Shown here piece after piece: positions 10,466 to 19,364 of a stretch of DNA of 64,000 bases. Numbering within the stretch: position 1 is the first letter of the stretch; each line of letters starts with the position of its first letter. Below the pieces are notes generated by a model that saw only the letters and a program-made list of their open reading frames with translations, had not been told where the DNA came from and searched no databases. The DNA comes from Dehalococcoidia bacterium. Its GTDB lineage: Bacteria > Chloroflexota > Dehalococcoidia > UBA2979. The stretch lies in NCBI GenBank assembly GCA_965237865.1, contig OZ250164.1, forward strand, positions 2,973,568 through 3,037,567. Direction: 5' to 3'. The translations under genes and the position numbers were made by a program.

Positions 10466-11368
10466 ATGGTCGCCCGCGAAGTCGCCGTCGAGGTTCCGGC
10501 CACCTCCGCGAACCTCGGGCCGGGCTTTGACAGCCTCGGCGTGGCGCTGGACTGGACGCTGAAGCTGGAGTTCCGGCTCAGCGACGAGCCGATCGAGACG
10601 CCCGCCGATCCGATCCCCGCGATGGCCGCGCGCGCGGCCCAGCTGTTCTACGAGCGCGCGGCGCTCCCGCGTCCCGCGGGCATCGAGGTGAGCTACGAGT
10701 CCGATCTGCCCGTCGGGCGGGGGCTCGGCATCTCCGCGGCGGCGCGCGTCGGCGGCCTGCTGGCGGCCGATGCGCTGACCGGCAGTGGGCTCGACCGGGA
10801 AATGCTGCTGCCGCTGGCGGTGCAGCTCGAACGCCACGCCGACAACGCCGTACCGGCGATGTTCGGCGGGCTGCGCGTGATCGTCGAGAAGGACGAGGGC
10901 GCGGGCGTCACGCACGTCGGCGTCGAGCTGCCCGAGGAGCTGCAGCTGGTGCTGCTGATCCCGGCGTTCTCGATGCCCACCGAGGAGACGCGGCGCACGC
11001 TGCCGGAGCGGCTGACGCGCAATCAGGCGGTGCACAACATCGGGCGCGCGGCGCTGCTCATCGCGGCGCTGCAGGCGCGCCGCTACGACCTGATGCAGAT
11101 CGCCACCGAGGACGTGCTGCACCAGCCCGCGCGCGCGACGATCTTCCAGCCGATGTACCAGATCTTCCAGGCGGCGCGGGACGCGGGCGCGCACGGCGTC
11201 TACCTCTCCGGCGGCGGCCCCACGATCGCGGCCCTGGCCACCGAACGCTTCGATGAGATCGCCGGGGCGATGCGCGCCGCCGCCGCCGCCCGCGGCGTGG
11301 AAGCCTCGACGCGCGTCTGCGCGCTGCGCACGCGGGGCGCCGAGGTGCTGCCGGCGAACGGGGACTAG
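10466..11368 (+). CDS. thrB: Homoserine kinase
   Basis: VPATSANLGPGFDSLG, GHMP loop (GRGLGISAA), HADN, EDVLHQPAR, SGGGPT. Confidence 0.93.
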   Translation: MVAREVAVEVPATSANLGPGFDSLGVALDWTLKLEFRLSDEPIETPADPIPAMAARAAQLFYERAALPRPAGIEVSYESDLPVGRGLGISAAARVGGLLAADALTGSGLDREMLLPLAVQLERHADNAVPAMFGGLRVIVEKDEGAGVTHVGVELPEELQLVLLIPAFSMPTEETRRTLPERLTRNQAVHNIGRAALLIAALQARRYDLMQIATEDVLHQPARATIFQPMYQIFQAARDAGAHGVYLSGGGPTIAALATERFDEIAGAMRAAAAARGVEASTRVCALRTRGAEVLPANGD

Positions 11369-11371
11369 TCG

Positions 11372-12607
11372 GTGCCGGAACCTGCCGCTGCGCTGGTGGT
11401 CCAGAAGTACGGCGGCAGCTCCGTCGCCGACGCATCGCGTATCCAGCACGTCGCGCGTCGCATCGCCGAGCGCACCGACGGGGGTGATCGCGTGGTCGCC
11501 GTGGTCTCGGCGATGGGCGACACCACGGACCGGCTGATCGCGCTGGCGCGCGAGATCACGAGCAACCCGCGCCCGCGCGAGCTGGACATGCTGTTCTCCA
11601 CCGGCGAGGCGGTCTCCTCGACGCTGCTCTCGATGGCGCTGCACGAGCTGGGGCGCGACGCGATCAGCCTCAGCGGCGCGCAGGCCGGCATCCGCACCGA
11701 CGCGATCTTCGGGCGCGCGCGCATCGCGGGCATCGAGACGGCGAGGATCGAGCGCGAGCTGGCGGCCGGGCGGATCGTGATCGTCGCGGGCTTCCAGGGC
11801 GCCTCGGACGACTTCGACATCACGACGCTGGGACGCGGCGGCAGCGACACGACGGCGGTGGCGCTGGCGGCGGCGCTGCACGCCGATCGCTGCGAGATCT
11901 ACACGGACGTCGCCGGCGTCTACAGCGCCGACCCGCGCATCTGCCCGCAGGCGCGCCCGCTGCGCGACATCGGCTACGAGGAGATGCTGGAGCTGGCCGC
12001 GACCGGCGCGCGCGTGATACACGCGCGGGCGGTCGAGGTGGGCGCGCTCTACGGGGTGCCGATTCTCGTCGCGAGCACCTTCGACAGCGAGGCGGCGGGT
12101 ACGCTGATCCACGAGGAGAGCACGATGGAGCAGGCGAACAAGGTGCGCGGCATCGCGCACGAGCAGGCGATCGCGAAGATCACGGTGCGCGGCGTGCCGG
12201 ACCGCCCCGGCGTGGCCGCGCAGCTTTTCACCCCACTCGCCGAGGCCGGCGTCTCCGTCGACACGATCGTGCAGAACGCGAGCGTCGAGAGCCTCACCGA
12301 CATGACCTTCACCGTCGAGCGCGGGGACGCCGAACCGGCGCTGCGCGTGGTCGAGTCGATCCTCCCGCAGCTCGAGGCGAGCGAGGTGGTCGCGGACGCC
12401 GATCTCGGCTCGGTCTCGATCGTCGGCACGGGGATGAGCACGAGTCCGGGCTTCGCCGCGCGCATGTTCCGCACGCTGTTCGAGCACGGCATCAACATCG
12501 AGCTGATCTCGACCTCGGAGATCCGCATCACCTGCATCGTGCGGGCGGCGCAGGTGGGCGACGCCGTGCGCGCGCTGCACGACGCTTTCGACCTCGACCG
12601 CGAGTAG
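11372..12607 (+). CDS. lysC: Aspartate kinase
   Basis: VQKYGGSSV, VVSAMGDTTD, TLGRGGSDTTAV, two ACT domains, ISTSEIRI. Confidence 0.96.
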   Translation: MPEPAAALVVQKYGGSSVADASRIQHVARRIAERTDGGDRVVAVVSAMGDTTDRLIALAREITSNPRPRELDMLFSTGEAVSSTLLSMALHELGRDAISLSGAQAGIRTDAIFGRARIAGIETARIERELAAGRIVIVAGFQGASDDFDITTLGRGGSDTTAVALAAALHADRCEIYTDVAGVYSADPRICPQARPLRDIGYEEMLELAATGARVIHARAVEVGALYGVPILVASTFDSEAAGTLIHEESTMEQANKVRGIAHEQAIAKITVRGVPDRPGVAAQLFTPLAEAGVSVDTIVQNASVESLTDMTFTVERGDAEPALRVVESILPQLEASEVVADADLGSVSIVGTGMSTSPGFAARMFRTLFEHGINIELISTSEIRITCIVRAAQVGDAVRALHDAFDLDRE

Positions 12608-12615
12608 GGGGACCG

Positions 12616-13098
12616 ATGCGTCGCGATCCGCGGCTCGTGCGGCTGTCGGAGGAGCACCACCACGGGCTCGCCTTCGCGCTGCGGATCGAACGCGAGCTGC
12701 CCGAGGCGGACGACGCCGCCCTCGCGGAGCTCTACGCCGACCTGCTGCGCTTCTGGACGCGCGGGCTGCTGCCGCACTTCCACGCCGAGTCCGAGTGCCT
12801 GCTCGCGCGCCTGCTGCGCCACGCGGCGCCCGAGGACACGCGCGTGCGGCGTCTCCAGCGCGACCACCTCGGCATCGAGGCGCTGGTCGCCTTGATGCGC
12901 GACCGCCCGGATGGCAAGGAGCGTCGCGAGGCGCTCATGCTCTTCGGCGAGTCGCTGCGCTCCCACATCCGCTGGGAGGAGCGCACGCTCTTCGAGTCGT
13001 TGCAGGAGACGCTGACCGGCGAGGAACTCGACGCCGCCGGCCGCGAGATCGAGGAGCGGCTGCCCAAGCCGACCCGCGCGCCGTGGGCGGAGGACTGA
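12616..13098 (+). CDS. Hemerythrin (HHE) domain protein
   Basis: LSEEHHHGL, HFHAESE and HIRWEERTLF metal-ligand pattern. Confidence 0.85.
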   Translation: MRRDPRLVRLSEEHHHGLAFALRIERELPEADDAALAELYADLLRFWTRGLLPHFHAESECLLARLLRHAAPEDTRVRRLQRDHLGIEALVALMRDRPDGKERREALMLFGESLRSHIRWEERTLFESLQETLTGEELDAAGREIEERLPKPTRAPWAED

Positions 13099-13134
13099 CT
13101 CCCGCCTCGCACGCGCGGGCCGTGGGCGAGCGCA

Positions 13135-13193
13135 CGTGACGAGGACCATCTATCTCGGCGTGGAAGCCGCTGAAGGTCTCGATGCTCTCCTGG
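13135..13193 (+). pseudogene. Chimeric remnant: 5' end of the deoxyribosyltransferase gene joined to an internal fragment of the racemase-family gene
   Basis: 13135-13157 matches 14205-14227 (21/23); 13154-13193 matches 14854-14893 (39/40); the two parts share CTCG at the junction. Confidence 0.85.
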
Positions 13194-13352
13194 GAAGACC
13201 GCTGAACATCCCCAATTCCTGCGAAGTGCACTACGCCGTTCCGGTTGGGAGAGAATTGCTAGGGACATCCGTTCTCAGACCGGACCCCCGTGCCCTGATG
13301 GCGGTTGGATGCGTTGATAGAGTCAGCTCCGACTCTGAAGGAGACAAGCAAG

Positions 13353-14126
13353 ATGCAAATGAAGCAGTTGTTCGCTTTGGAAGGCAAGGTCGCGATAGTG
13401 ACCGGCGGCAACGGTGGGCTGGGCCTCGCAATGGCCACCGGACTGGCCGCGGCTGGGGCCGACATCGTCGTGGCGGCCCGGAATCCGGCCAAGATGGCCG
13501 CGGCACTGGCTCAAATCGAAGCAGAAGGAGCACAAGCGCTGGGGGTCTCTGTCGACGTCACCGAGGAATCGGACATCAACGGAATGGTGACTCAAACCCT
13601 GGACACCTTCGGGCGCGTCGACATCCTCGTAAACAACGCGGGCGTTACTGTGCGCAACGAGCCCCAGGACTTGTCGGCGGACGAGTGGGACCACGTGCTG
13701 GACGTCAACCTGCGGGCAGCCTTCCTGGCCTCCAGGGCTGTGTACCCGTCCATGAAAACCCAGGGTGGAGGAAAACTGATCCACATCGGATCCATGTTTT
13801 CAATCTTCGGAGGCGGCGGGAGCGGTGCGCCTTATTCCTCCAGCAAAGGAGGGATCGTTCAACTGTCCAAGAGCCTGGCCGTTGCCTGGGCAAAGAACAA
13901 TATCCAGTCCAACGCGATCCTTCCCGGTTGGTTCATGACTGAGTTGACTGCCGCGGTTCCTGCCAACCAGCCGGAGCGTTACGACCTGATATGCCGCCGC
14001 ATCCCGACGGGCCGTTGGGGTGAGCCGGAGGAGTTGCAGGGGACCGCGGTATTTCTGGCAGGTTCAGCATCAGATTACGTCACCGGGGCGGTGATTGCCG
14101 TCGACGGTGGTTACGCGGTCATGTGA
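13353..14126 (+). CDS. SDR oxidoreductase, KduD/gluconate dehydrogenase-like
   Basis: TGGNGGLG, NNAG, YSSSKGG (YxxxK), PGWFMT, DGGY; AAGGAG RBS; visibly lower GC than its flanks. Confidence 0.92.
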   Translation: MQMKQLFALEGKVAIVTGGNGGLGLAMATGLAAAGADIVVAARNPAKMAAALAQIEAEGAQALGVSVDVTEESDINGMVTQTLDTFGRVDILVNNAGVTVRNEPQDLSADEWDHVLDVNLRAAFLASRAVYPSMKTQGGGKLIHIGSMFSIFGGGGSGAPYSSSKGGIVQLSKSLAVAWAKNNIQSNAILPGWFMTELTAAVPANQPERYDLICRRIPTGRWGEPEELQGTAVFLAGSASDYVTGAVIAVDGGYAVM

Positions 14127-14205
14127 CCCCAACACCTGTGACGACATCGCTTACCCAACTGCTCCAAAGCCTGACGAGAGAGCAAGCGCGAGCGGGAGTC
14201 CGGGC

Positions 14206-14670
14206 GTGACGAAGACCATCTACCTCGCGAACCCGTACGGCTTCTCCGCGCAGCAGAAGGCGACGCTGCTGCCGCCGCTCGTCGCCGCCCTCGAGGCGCT
14301 CGGGCTGGAGGTCTGGGAGCCGTTCGCCCGCAACAACCAGCAGGACTTCGCGGAGCGGGGCTGGGCCTATCGCATCGGGCAGGCCGACGTCCGCGACGTG
14401 GTCGACGCCGACGCCATCTTCGCCGTGGTCAACGGCGTCCCGCCCGACGAGGGCGTGATGGTGGAGCTGGGCATCGCGATCGCCCTCGGCAAGCCGACGT
14501 TCCTCTTCCGCGACGACCTCCGCCGCGCCACGGACAGCGAGCACTACCCGCTCAACCTGATGCTGTTCACCGGCATGCCGGAGGACGGCTGGGAGGACTG
14601 GTACTACACCTCGCTCGAGGAGATCGGCTCGCCGGACAAGGCGCTGGCGCGCTGGGCTGCGAGCCCGTAG
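14206..14670 (+). CDS. Nucleoside 2-deoxyribosyltransferase family protein
   Basis: TIYLANPYGFS, DADAIFA, PDEGVMVELGIAIALGKP; GTG start at 14206. Confidence 0.88.
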   Translation: MTKTIYLANPYGFSAQQKATLLPPLVAALEALGLEVWEPFARNNQQDFAERGWAYRIGQADVRDVVDADAIFAVVNGVPPDEGVMVELGIAIALGKPTFLFRDDLRRATDSEHYPLNLMLFTGMPEDGWEDWYYTSLEEIGSPDKALARWAASP

Positions 14671-14694
14671 CCCGCGGGCGCGTAGACGGCGCGC

Positions 14695-15903
14695 TCAGGC
14701 GGTGGGCGTCGGGGTCTCCTCCATGTGCGGGAAGACGTCGTCGCCCTCGTAGGGGTGCGCGTCGGCGACCGCCTCGTCCAGCTCGTAGCCGAGGCCCGGG
14801 CGGTCCGAGGGGATGATGTAGCCGTCCTGCCACTCGATCGGCTGCTTCAGCAGCTCGGCGTGGAAGCCGCCGAAGGTCTCGATGCTCTCCTGGATCAGGA
14901 AGTTCGGGCAGCAGACGCCGAGCTGGATGTTGGCCGCAGCCTCGATCGGCCCGGCGTAGAGGTGCGGGGCCAGCTGCGCGTAGTGCGCCTCCGCCATCGC
15001 CGCGATCTTCTTCGTCTCCAGCACGCCGCCGACGCGCGCGGGTGCGGGCTGCAGGATCGAGGCGCTGCCGTAGCGCAGCACGTCGACGAACTCGTAGCGG
15101 GTGACGAGGCGCTCGCCCGTGGCGATCGGGATCGAGGTCGCGCGCGCGACGCGAGCCATCTCGCGCGGGTTCTCCGGCGGCAGCGGCTCCTCGATCCAGA
15201 GCGGCTCGTAGGGCTCGAGGCGGCGGGCGAGGCGGATCGCGGCGGCGGTCGTGAGCTGGCCGTGCATCTTGATCAGCAGGTCGCAGCGGCTCCCGGCCAC
15301 CTCGCGCATGCGCTTCACGACCAGCTCGGCGTTGTCGAGCGCGGCGAGCGAGATCTGACGCGGGTCGAACGCGCCGTACGGCATCACCGGGTCGAACCCG
15401 ACCGCGGTGAAGCCCTGCTCCATGTAGGCGGCGGTGCGCGCGGGCGCGGCGTCCGGGTCGTCGAAGGCGTCGGCGTACCCCATCCCGTCCGCGCTGGACT
15501 CGGCGGGGTAGAGATAGGTGTAGGAGCGCAGCGTCTCGTGCACGCGGCCGCCGAGGAGGTTGTAGACGGGCTGGCCGAGCGCCTTGCCGACGATGTCCCA
15601 GCAGGCCATCTCGATCGCGCTGATCACCGAGCCCATCGTCATCTCCGGCCGCTGCGCGAAGCCGCTGGAGTAGGCGATGCGCCAGATCGCCTCGATGTCG
15701 AAGGGGCTGCGCCCGATCGCGTGCCGCTCGGCCACGTCCTCGATCAGGCCGCGCACCTTGCTCGTGCCGAAGGGGACGCCGTAGGCCTCGCCGTAGCCCG
15801 CGATGCCGTCATCGGTCGTGAGCTTGAGAAAGATCCAGCAGGGGCCGCCGCGCTGCGGGGCGGGGTTGGCGACGGCCCAGGTCTTCGCCTCGGCGATGCG
15901 CAT
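14695..15903 (-). CDS. Mandelate racemase/muconate lactonizing (enolase superfamily) enzyme
   Basis: GIAGYGEA, IEMACWDIVGKALGQPVYNLLGG, WIEEP, ATGER, APH motifs. Confidence 0.92.
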   Translation of the reverse strand: MRIAEAKTWAVANPAPQRGGPCWIFLKLTTDDGIAGYGEAYGVPFGTSKVRGLIEDVAERHAIGRSPFDIEAIWRIAYSSGFAQRPEMTMGSVISAIEMACWDIVGKALGQPVYNLLGGRVHETLRSYTYLYPAESSADGMGYADAFDDPDAAPARTAAYMEQGFTAVGFDPVMPYGAFDPRQISLAALDNAELVVKRMREVAGSRCDLLIKMHGQLTTAAAIRLARRLEPYEPLWIEEPLPPENPREMARVARATSIPIATGERLVTRYEFVDVLRYGSASILQPAPARVGGVLETKKIAAMAEAHYAQLAPHLYAGPIEAAANIQLGVCCPNFLIQESIETFGGFHAELLKQPIEWQDGYIIPSDRPGLGYELDEAVADAHPYEGDDVFPHMEETPTPTA

Positions 15904-15934
15904 CGCGGTCCTCTGTTCGCTTCCCGCTGCTGGA

Positions 15935-16726
15935 CTACGCCGTGAGCCAGTCCACGATCACCTCGAGGGCGCGCGGATCCTCGCGCATGAAGCCGTGGCC
16001 ACCCTCGAACAGCTCGAGGCGAGAGCCGGGGATGCGCTCGTGCAGCATCTCCTGGTTACGCAGCGGCGCGATGCCGTCGAAGCGCCCGCCCGCGATCAGC
16101 GTCGGACTGGCGATCGAGGGCAGGCGGTCGAGCGTATCCAGCCGCGAGCGCGCGTCGAGCAGGCGGCGGTGGCGGCGCTCGTCCGCCTCGTTCGCGTAGG
16201 CGGAAAGGCCGCCGTAGCCCTCGGCCAGTGCGGCGTACTCCTCGGGGTGCGCGGCCTGCCAGGCGGCGTCGTGGCGGTTGTCGTTGATCGCGATGCGCCG
16301 CGATGCGCGCTCCTCCGCCGGCAGGTCGAGCAGCTCGTGCAGCGGGTAGGAGGCGAAGTCGCCGCCGGGCGAGGTGCAGCACAGCACGAGCTTCGCGACG
16401 CGCTGCGGGTGCCGCAGCGCCAGCTCCTGCGCGATCATCCCCCCGAACGAGGCCCCGACGACATCGCAGCGCTCCCAACCAACGACGTCGAGCAGCGCCG
16501 CGGCGTCGTCGGCGAAGTCCGCCATCTCCCAGACTGTCGAGGGTGCCTCGCAGCGTCCGAGCCCGCGCTTGTCATAGGCGAGCACGCGGAAGCGCTCGAT
16601 CAGCGGGTCGAGCGTGCCGGGCGTCGACCAGAGCGCGCCGCCGCTGCCGCTGATGAAGAGCAGCGGGGGGCCATCGCCGCGCAGTTCGTACCAGCTGCGG
16701 GTGTCACGGACCTCGGCATAAGGCAT
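15935..16726 (-). CDS. Alpha/beta hydrolase
   Basis: YDKRGLG, GASFGG nucleophile elbow, GRFDGI, GGH. Confidence 0.9.
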   Translation of the reverse strand: MPYAEVRDTRSWYELRGDGPPLLFISGSGGALWSTPGTLDPLIERFRVLAYDKRGLGRCEAPSTVWEMADFADDAAALLDVVGWERCDVVGASFGGMIAQELALRHPQRVAKLVLCCTSPGGDFASYPLHELLDLPAEERASRRIAINDNRHDAAWQAAHPEEYAALAEGYGGLSAYANEADERRHRRLLDARSRLDTLDRLPSIASPTLIAGGRFDGIAPLRNQEMLHERIPGSRLELFEGGHGFMREDPRALEVIVDWLTA

Positions 16727-16748
16727 GGGCGTGTTCCTCCGTCGCTGC

Positions 16749-17270
16749 TCAGGCGCTCAATGCGGCGATCGCCTGCTGGACGTGCTCGTCCTCGACGAAC
16801 GGCGAGCCCGCGGCGTCCTTGATCTCGCCCGCGCGCGCCAGCACCTCGGCGCGGTCGAGGCCGGGCGGCGGCTCGGTCGACCAGGCGACGAGGGCGATCA
16901 GCACGCGGTCCGGGTCTTCGAGGAAGACGAGGCGCTCGTAGCCGCGCCGGATCTCCTCGCTGCCGTGCGCGCCCGCCGTGGAGAGCGCGAAATAGGCCTG
17001 GTCCATGAACTCGGCGGAGACCTGCAGCGTGAGGTACTGCATCGAGCCGACGCCGAGGCTGGCCTCGGCGATGCGGACGCCCTCGTGCGTCGGTCCGACG
17101 AGCAGTACGTAGGAGTCGCCGCCGGCGTGGAGCAGGGCCTGCACTGACTCGGGGTCGTCGCGGTTCGGTTCGGTGTAAAGGTGGCGCATGCCGAGCCTGG
17201 AGTAGAACTCTATGCTCTGCTGCATGTTCTTGCAGATGATGGCCGGGTAGCCGAGGCCGCGCAGCTCCAT
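16749..17270 (-). CDS. VOC/glyoxalase family protein
   Basis: SIEFYSRLGM and VFLEDPD motifs. Confidence 0.75.
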   Translation of the reverse strand: MELRGLGYPAIICKNMQQSIEFYSRLGMRHLYTEPNRDDPESVQALLHAGGDSYVLLVGPTHEGVRIAEASLGVGSMQYLTLQVSAEFMDQAYFALSTAGAHGSEEIRRGYERLVFLEDPDRVLIALVAWSTEPPPGLDRAEVLARAGEIKDAAGSPFVEDEHVQQAIAALSA

Positions 17271-17787
17271 GCCGTCCCCCCGTTCGCACGACCACGAGGG
17301 TAGGCGCTCGGCCGCCGCCGCGCAGCCCTCGGACCTCGCGCAGCGCTTCAGCGCCGCGATCTACCGCGTCGGCATGAACTACTGCGTCGACGTGCCCGCC
17401 GGGGCGAGCAGCGCCCTCGGAGCCGGGACGCACCCGCCCGTCGCCGGCGAGGTCGCGGGCGTCGGCTTCCGCACGCGCCTCACCCCGCGCGGCGGCGGCG
17501 CTTACCGCCTCTTCCTCAACGGCGCCGTGCGCGCCGCCGCGGCCGCAGGCGTCGGCGACGTCGTCGAGGTCGAGGTCTGGCCTGACGCGGCCCCTCGTGA
17601 CCCCGCGCTCCCCGCCGACCTCGCGAGCGCCCTCGACGCGATCCCCGGCGCCCTCGAGGCCTTCGAGTCCCTGACCGAGGCTCAGCGCACGGGCATGGTC
17701 GCCTTCCTCGAGCGCGCGCGGACGGCGGAGACGCGCGCGCGGTACGTGCAGCGGGTGGTGGAGGAGGCGCGGCGGCAGCTGGGGTGA
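17269..17787 (+). CDS. DUF1905 plus YdeI/OmpD-associated domain protein
   Basis: PVAGEVAG..FRTRL, GVGDVVEVEV, LPADLASAL..AFESLT...ETRARYV. Confidence 0.8.
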   Translation: MPSPRSHDHEGRRSAAAAQPSDLAQRFSAAIYRVGMNYCVDVPAGASSALGAGTHPPVAGEVAGVGFRTRLTPRGGGAYRLFLNGAVRAAAAAGVGDVVEVEVWPDAAPRDPALPADLASALDAIPGALEAFESLTEAQRTGMVAFLERARTAETRARYVQRVVEEARRQLG

Positions 17788-17799
17788 GTGACGGGACCA

Positions 17800-18930
17800 C
17801 TACTGCAGTAGGTCAAGCAACTCCCTTGCGGCGAAGAGTTGCGGACGTGTAGCTGGCAAGCGGTGGAGGATGCCAGCCTCCACTAGCTTGCTGACCACGA
17901 TACGCGCGCCTGCGTCCGTGACTCCGCGGAACTCCGCGACCCGGCGGTAAGTCACGATGGGACTCAGGAACAGTTCATCGGCCATCTGGATGGCGTTCGC
18001 CGACGCAGAGGCGGCGAGCAGACGCTGCCGGTACTCGTCCTGAAGATCCCGCAGGGCGCGGGTGCGTCGGACAGCGTCCAGAGACTGCTCGGCAACACCG
18101 CTCAGAAAGAAGTCCAGCCACGGATCCCAATCGCCTGTCTCGCTGACCCGGGACAGATGATCGTAGTAGGCCTGGCGATGGGCCTCGAAGTACGCGCTCA
18201 GGTAGAGCAAAGGGGAGCGCAGCACGCCACGCTCTATCAGAAGCAGTGTGATCAGCAGTCTGCCAATGCGCCCGTTCCCGTCGCGGAACGGGTGGATGGT
18301 CTCAAAGTGCTGGTGCATCAGTGCGCTGCGAACGAGGGGCGGCATCGCGGCCTCGTCGTGGACGAACGCTTCCCACTCGGACATCAAATCGGCGAGGTAG
18401 TCGGGAGGTGGTGGCACGAAGCTGGCGGCCTCGATGGCGTCCTGCTCAGACCCGATCCAGACCTGCAGATCGCGCAGTTCCCCCGGGCGCTTGTCCTGCC
18501 CGCGCACGCCGCTGAGTAGTTCGGCGTGCAGCTCGAGGACGAGCCGCGTGCAGATCGGGAGTTCGGCGAGCCGCTCGATGCCGAGTTCAAGCGCCCGCAC
18601 GTAGTTGACGACCTCATCCGCGTCGCCGTGCGGACGGCCCGTCGCCTCCGCGGCGTACACGTCCGAGACGGAAGCCTGAGTACCTTCGATGCGTGAGGAG
18701 AGCAGCGCCTCGCGCCGCATGAATGGCGCGATCAGCAGATGCGGGTTCGGCAACGTCTCCCCAGCGCCTGCCAGCGTCGCGACCGCGCGTGACGCCTCAT
18801 CAAGTTGGTAGACGCGCTCGGCCGAGAGTTCGAGCAGGCGAGGCAGAGGTATCGGTACGAACGCCAGCGCTCCATTCGTCGTCTCCTCCAGACGACCGGC
18901 TGGGCTGTTGGCGAACCTCGATGCATCCAT
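17800..18930 (-). CDS. Fic family protein (class II-like) with probable C-terminal HTH
   Basis: HPFRDGNGRIGR catalytic motif; SSRIEG inhibitory motif near the N-terminus; start moved to ATG 18930 (MDASRF). Confidence 0.93.
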   Translation of the reverse strand: MDASRFANSPAGRLEETTNGALAFVPIPLPRLLELSAERVYQLDEASRAVATLAGAGETLPNPHLLIAPFMRREALLSSRIEGTQASVSDVYAAEATGRPHGDADEVVNYVRALELGIERLAELPICTRLVLELHAELLSGVRGQDKRPGELRDLQVWIGSEQDAIEAASFVPPPPDYLADLMSEWEAFVHDEAAMPPLVRSALMHQHFETIHPFRDGNGRIGRLLITLLLIERGVLRSPLLYLSAYFEAHRQAYYDHLSRVSETGDWDPWLDFFLSGVAEQSLDAVRRTRALRDLQDEYRQRLLAASASANAIQMADELFLSPIVTYRRVAEFRGVTDAGARIVVSKLVEAGILHRLPATRPQLFAARELLDLLQ

Positions 18931-18978
18931 GTTCAAGCGTCTTTCCGTATAAGCGTGGCTGTAGAGCGAGGGCTCAAG

Positions 18979-19153
18979 TGTAAGTGGAGATGCCGAAACT
19001 AACAAATCGCGACGGCGAGTGAAACAGCGCTTTCAAAGTGGCCCTCGACATGTAAGTGCGAGCCCGATGACTAACAAATGGTGACGGCGAGTGAAACAGC
19101 GCTTTCAAAGTGGCCCTCGACATGTAAGTGCGGGCCCGATGACTAACAAATGG
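18979..19153. repeat. 72-bp tandem repeat (two near-identical units plus degenerate flanks)
   Basis: ACTAACAAAT at 18998, 19070 and 19142; TGTAAGTG at 18979, 19051 and 19123. Confidence 0.95.
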
Positions 19154-19197
19154 GGCGGGCCAGTGTAACTCCGCTTGCGTTCCCGCAACCCCGCGCG

Positions 19198-19227
19198 TTG
19201 ACCCCTCCGCGGACCGCTGCCTACCAT
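19198..19227 (+). promoter_or_regulatory. Sigma70-type promoter of valS
   Basis: TTGACC-18 nt-TACCAT. Confidence 0.65.
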
Positions 19228-19245
19228 CGAAGGTGTGAACGGGAA

Positions 19246-19351
19246 CGTAGCTGTAGCCGCCGGCGACTAGCCGGCCCGAGCGAGGGCCGCGCCGGTCGCC
19301 CACGCCCCGCTTCGGCGGGGTTTCTCGTGCCCGGCGGTCCGGACAGCTACG
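19246..19351 (+). promoter_or_regulatory. Structured valS 5' leader, candidate cis-regulatory RNA
   Basis: CGTAGCTGT(19246-54)/ACAGCTACG(19343-51), GCCGCCGG/CCGGCGGT and GGCGAC/GTCGCC helices. Confidence 0.5.
19305..19325 (+). terminator. Terminator-like hairpin inside the valS leader
   Basis: CCCCGC-TTCG-GCGGGG followed by TTTCT. Confidence 0.55.
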
Positions 19352-19364
19352 CGAGGAGCGCGCG

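Noticed and set aside
10715-10745. ThrB GHMP loop variant GLGISAA instead of GLGSSAA
   Set aside because: A single substitution with all other motifs intact; I cannot support a functional claim.
13136-13942. 268-aa ORF starting MTRTIYL
   Set aside because: The start is the chimeric scar; the rest is an off-frame read of the SDR gene.
18979-19153. CRISPR array interpretation of the 72-bp periodic repeat
   Set aside because: The would-be spacers are identical between units and there are no cas genes; it is a tandem repeat.
19228-19364. Canonical T-box riboswitch call for valS
   Set aside because: No GGUGGNACC antiterminator and no recognisable specifier loop; kept only as an unclassified structured leader.
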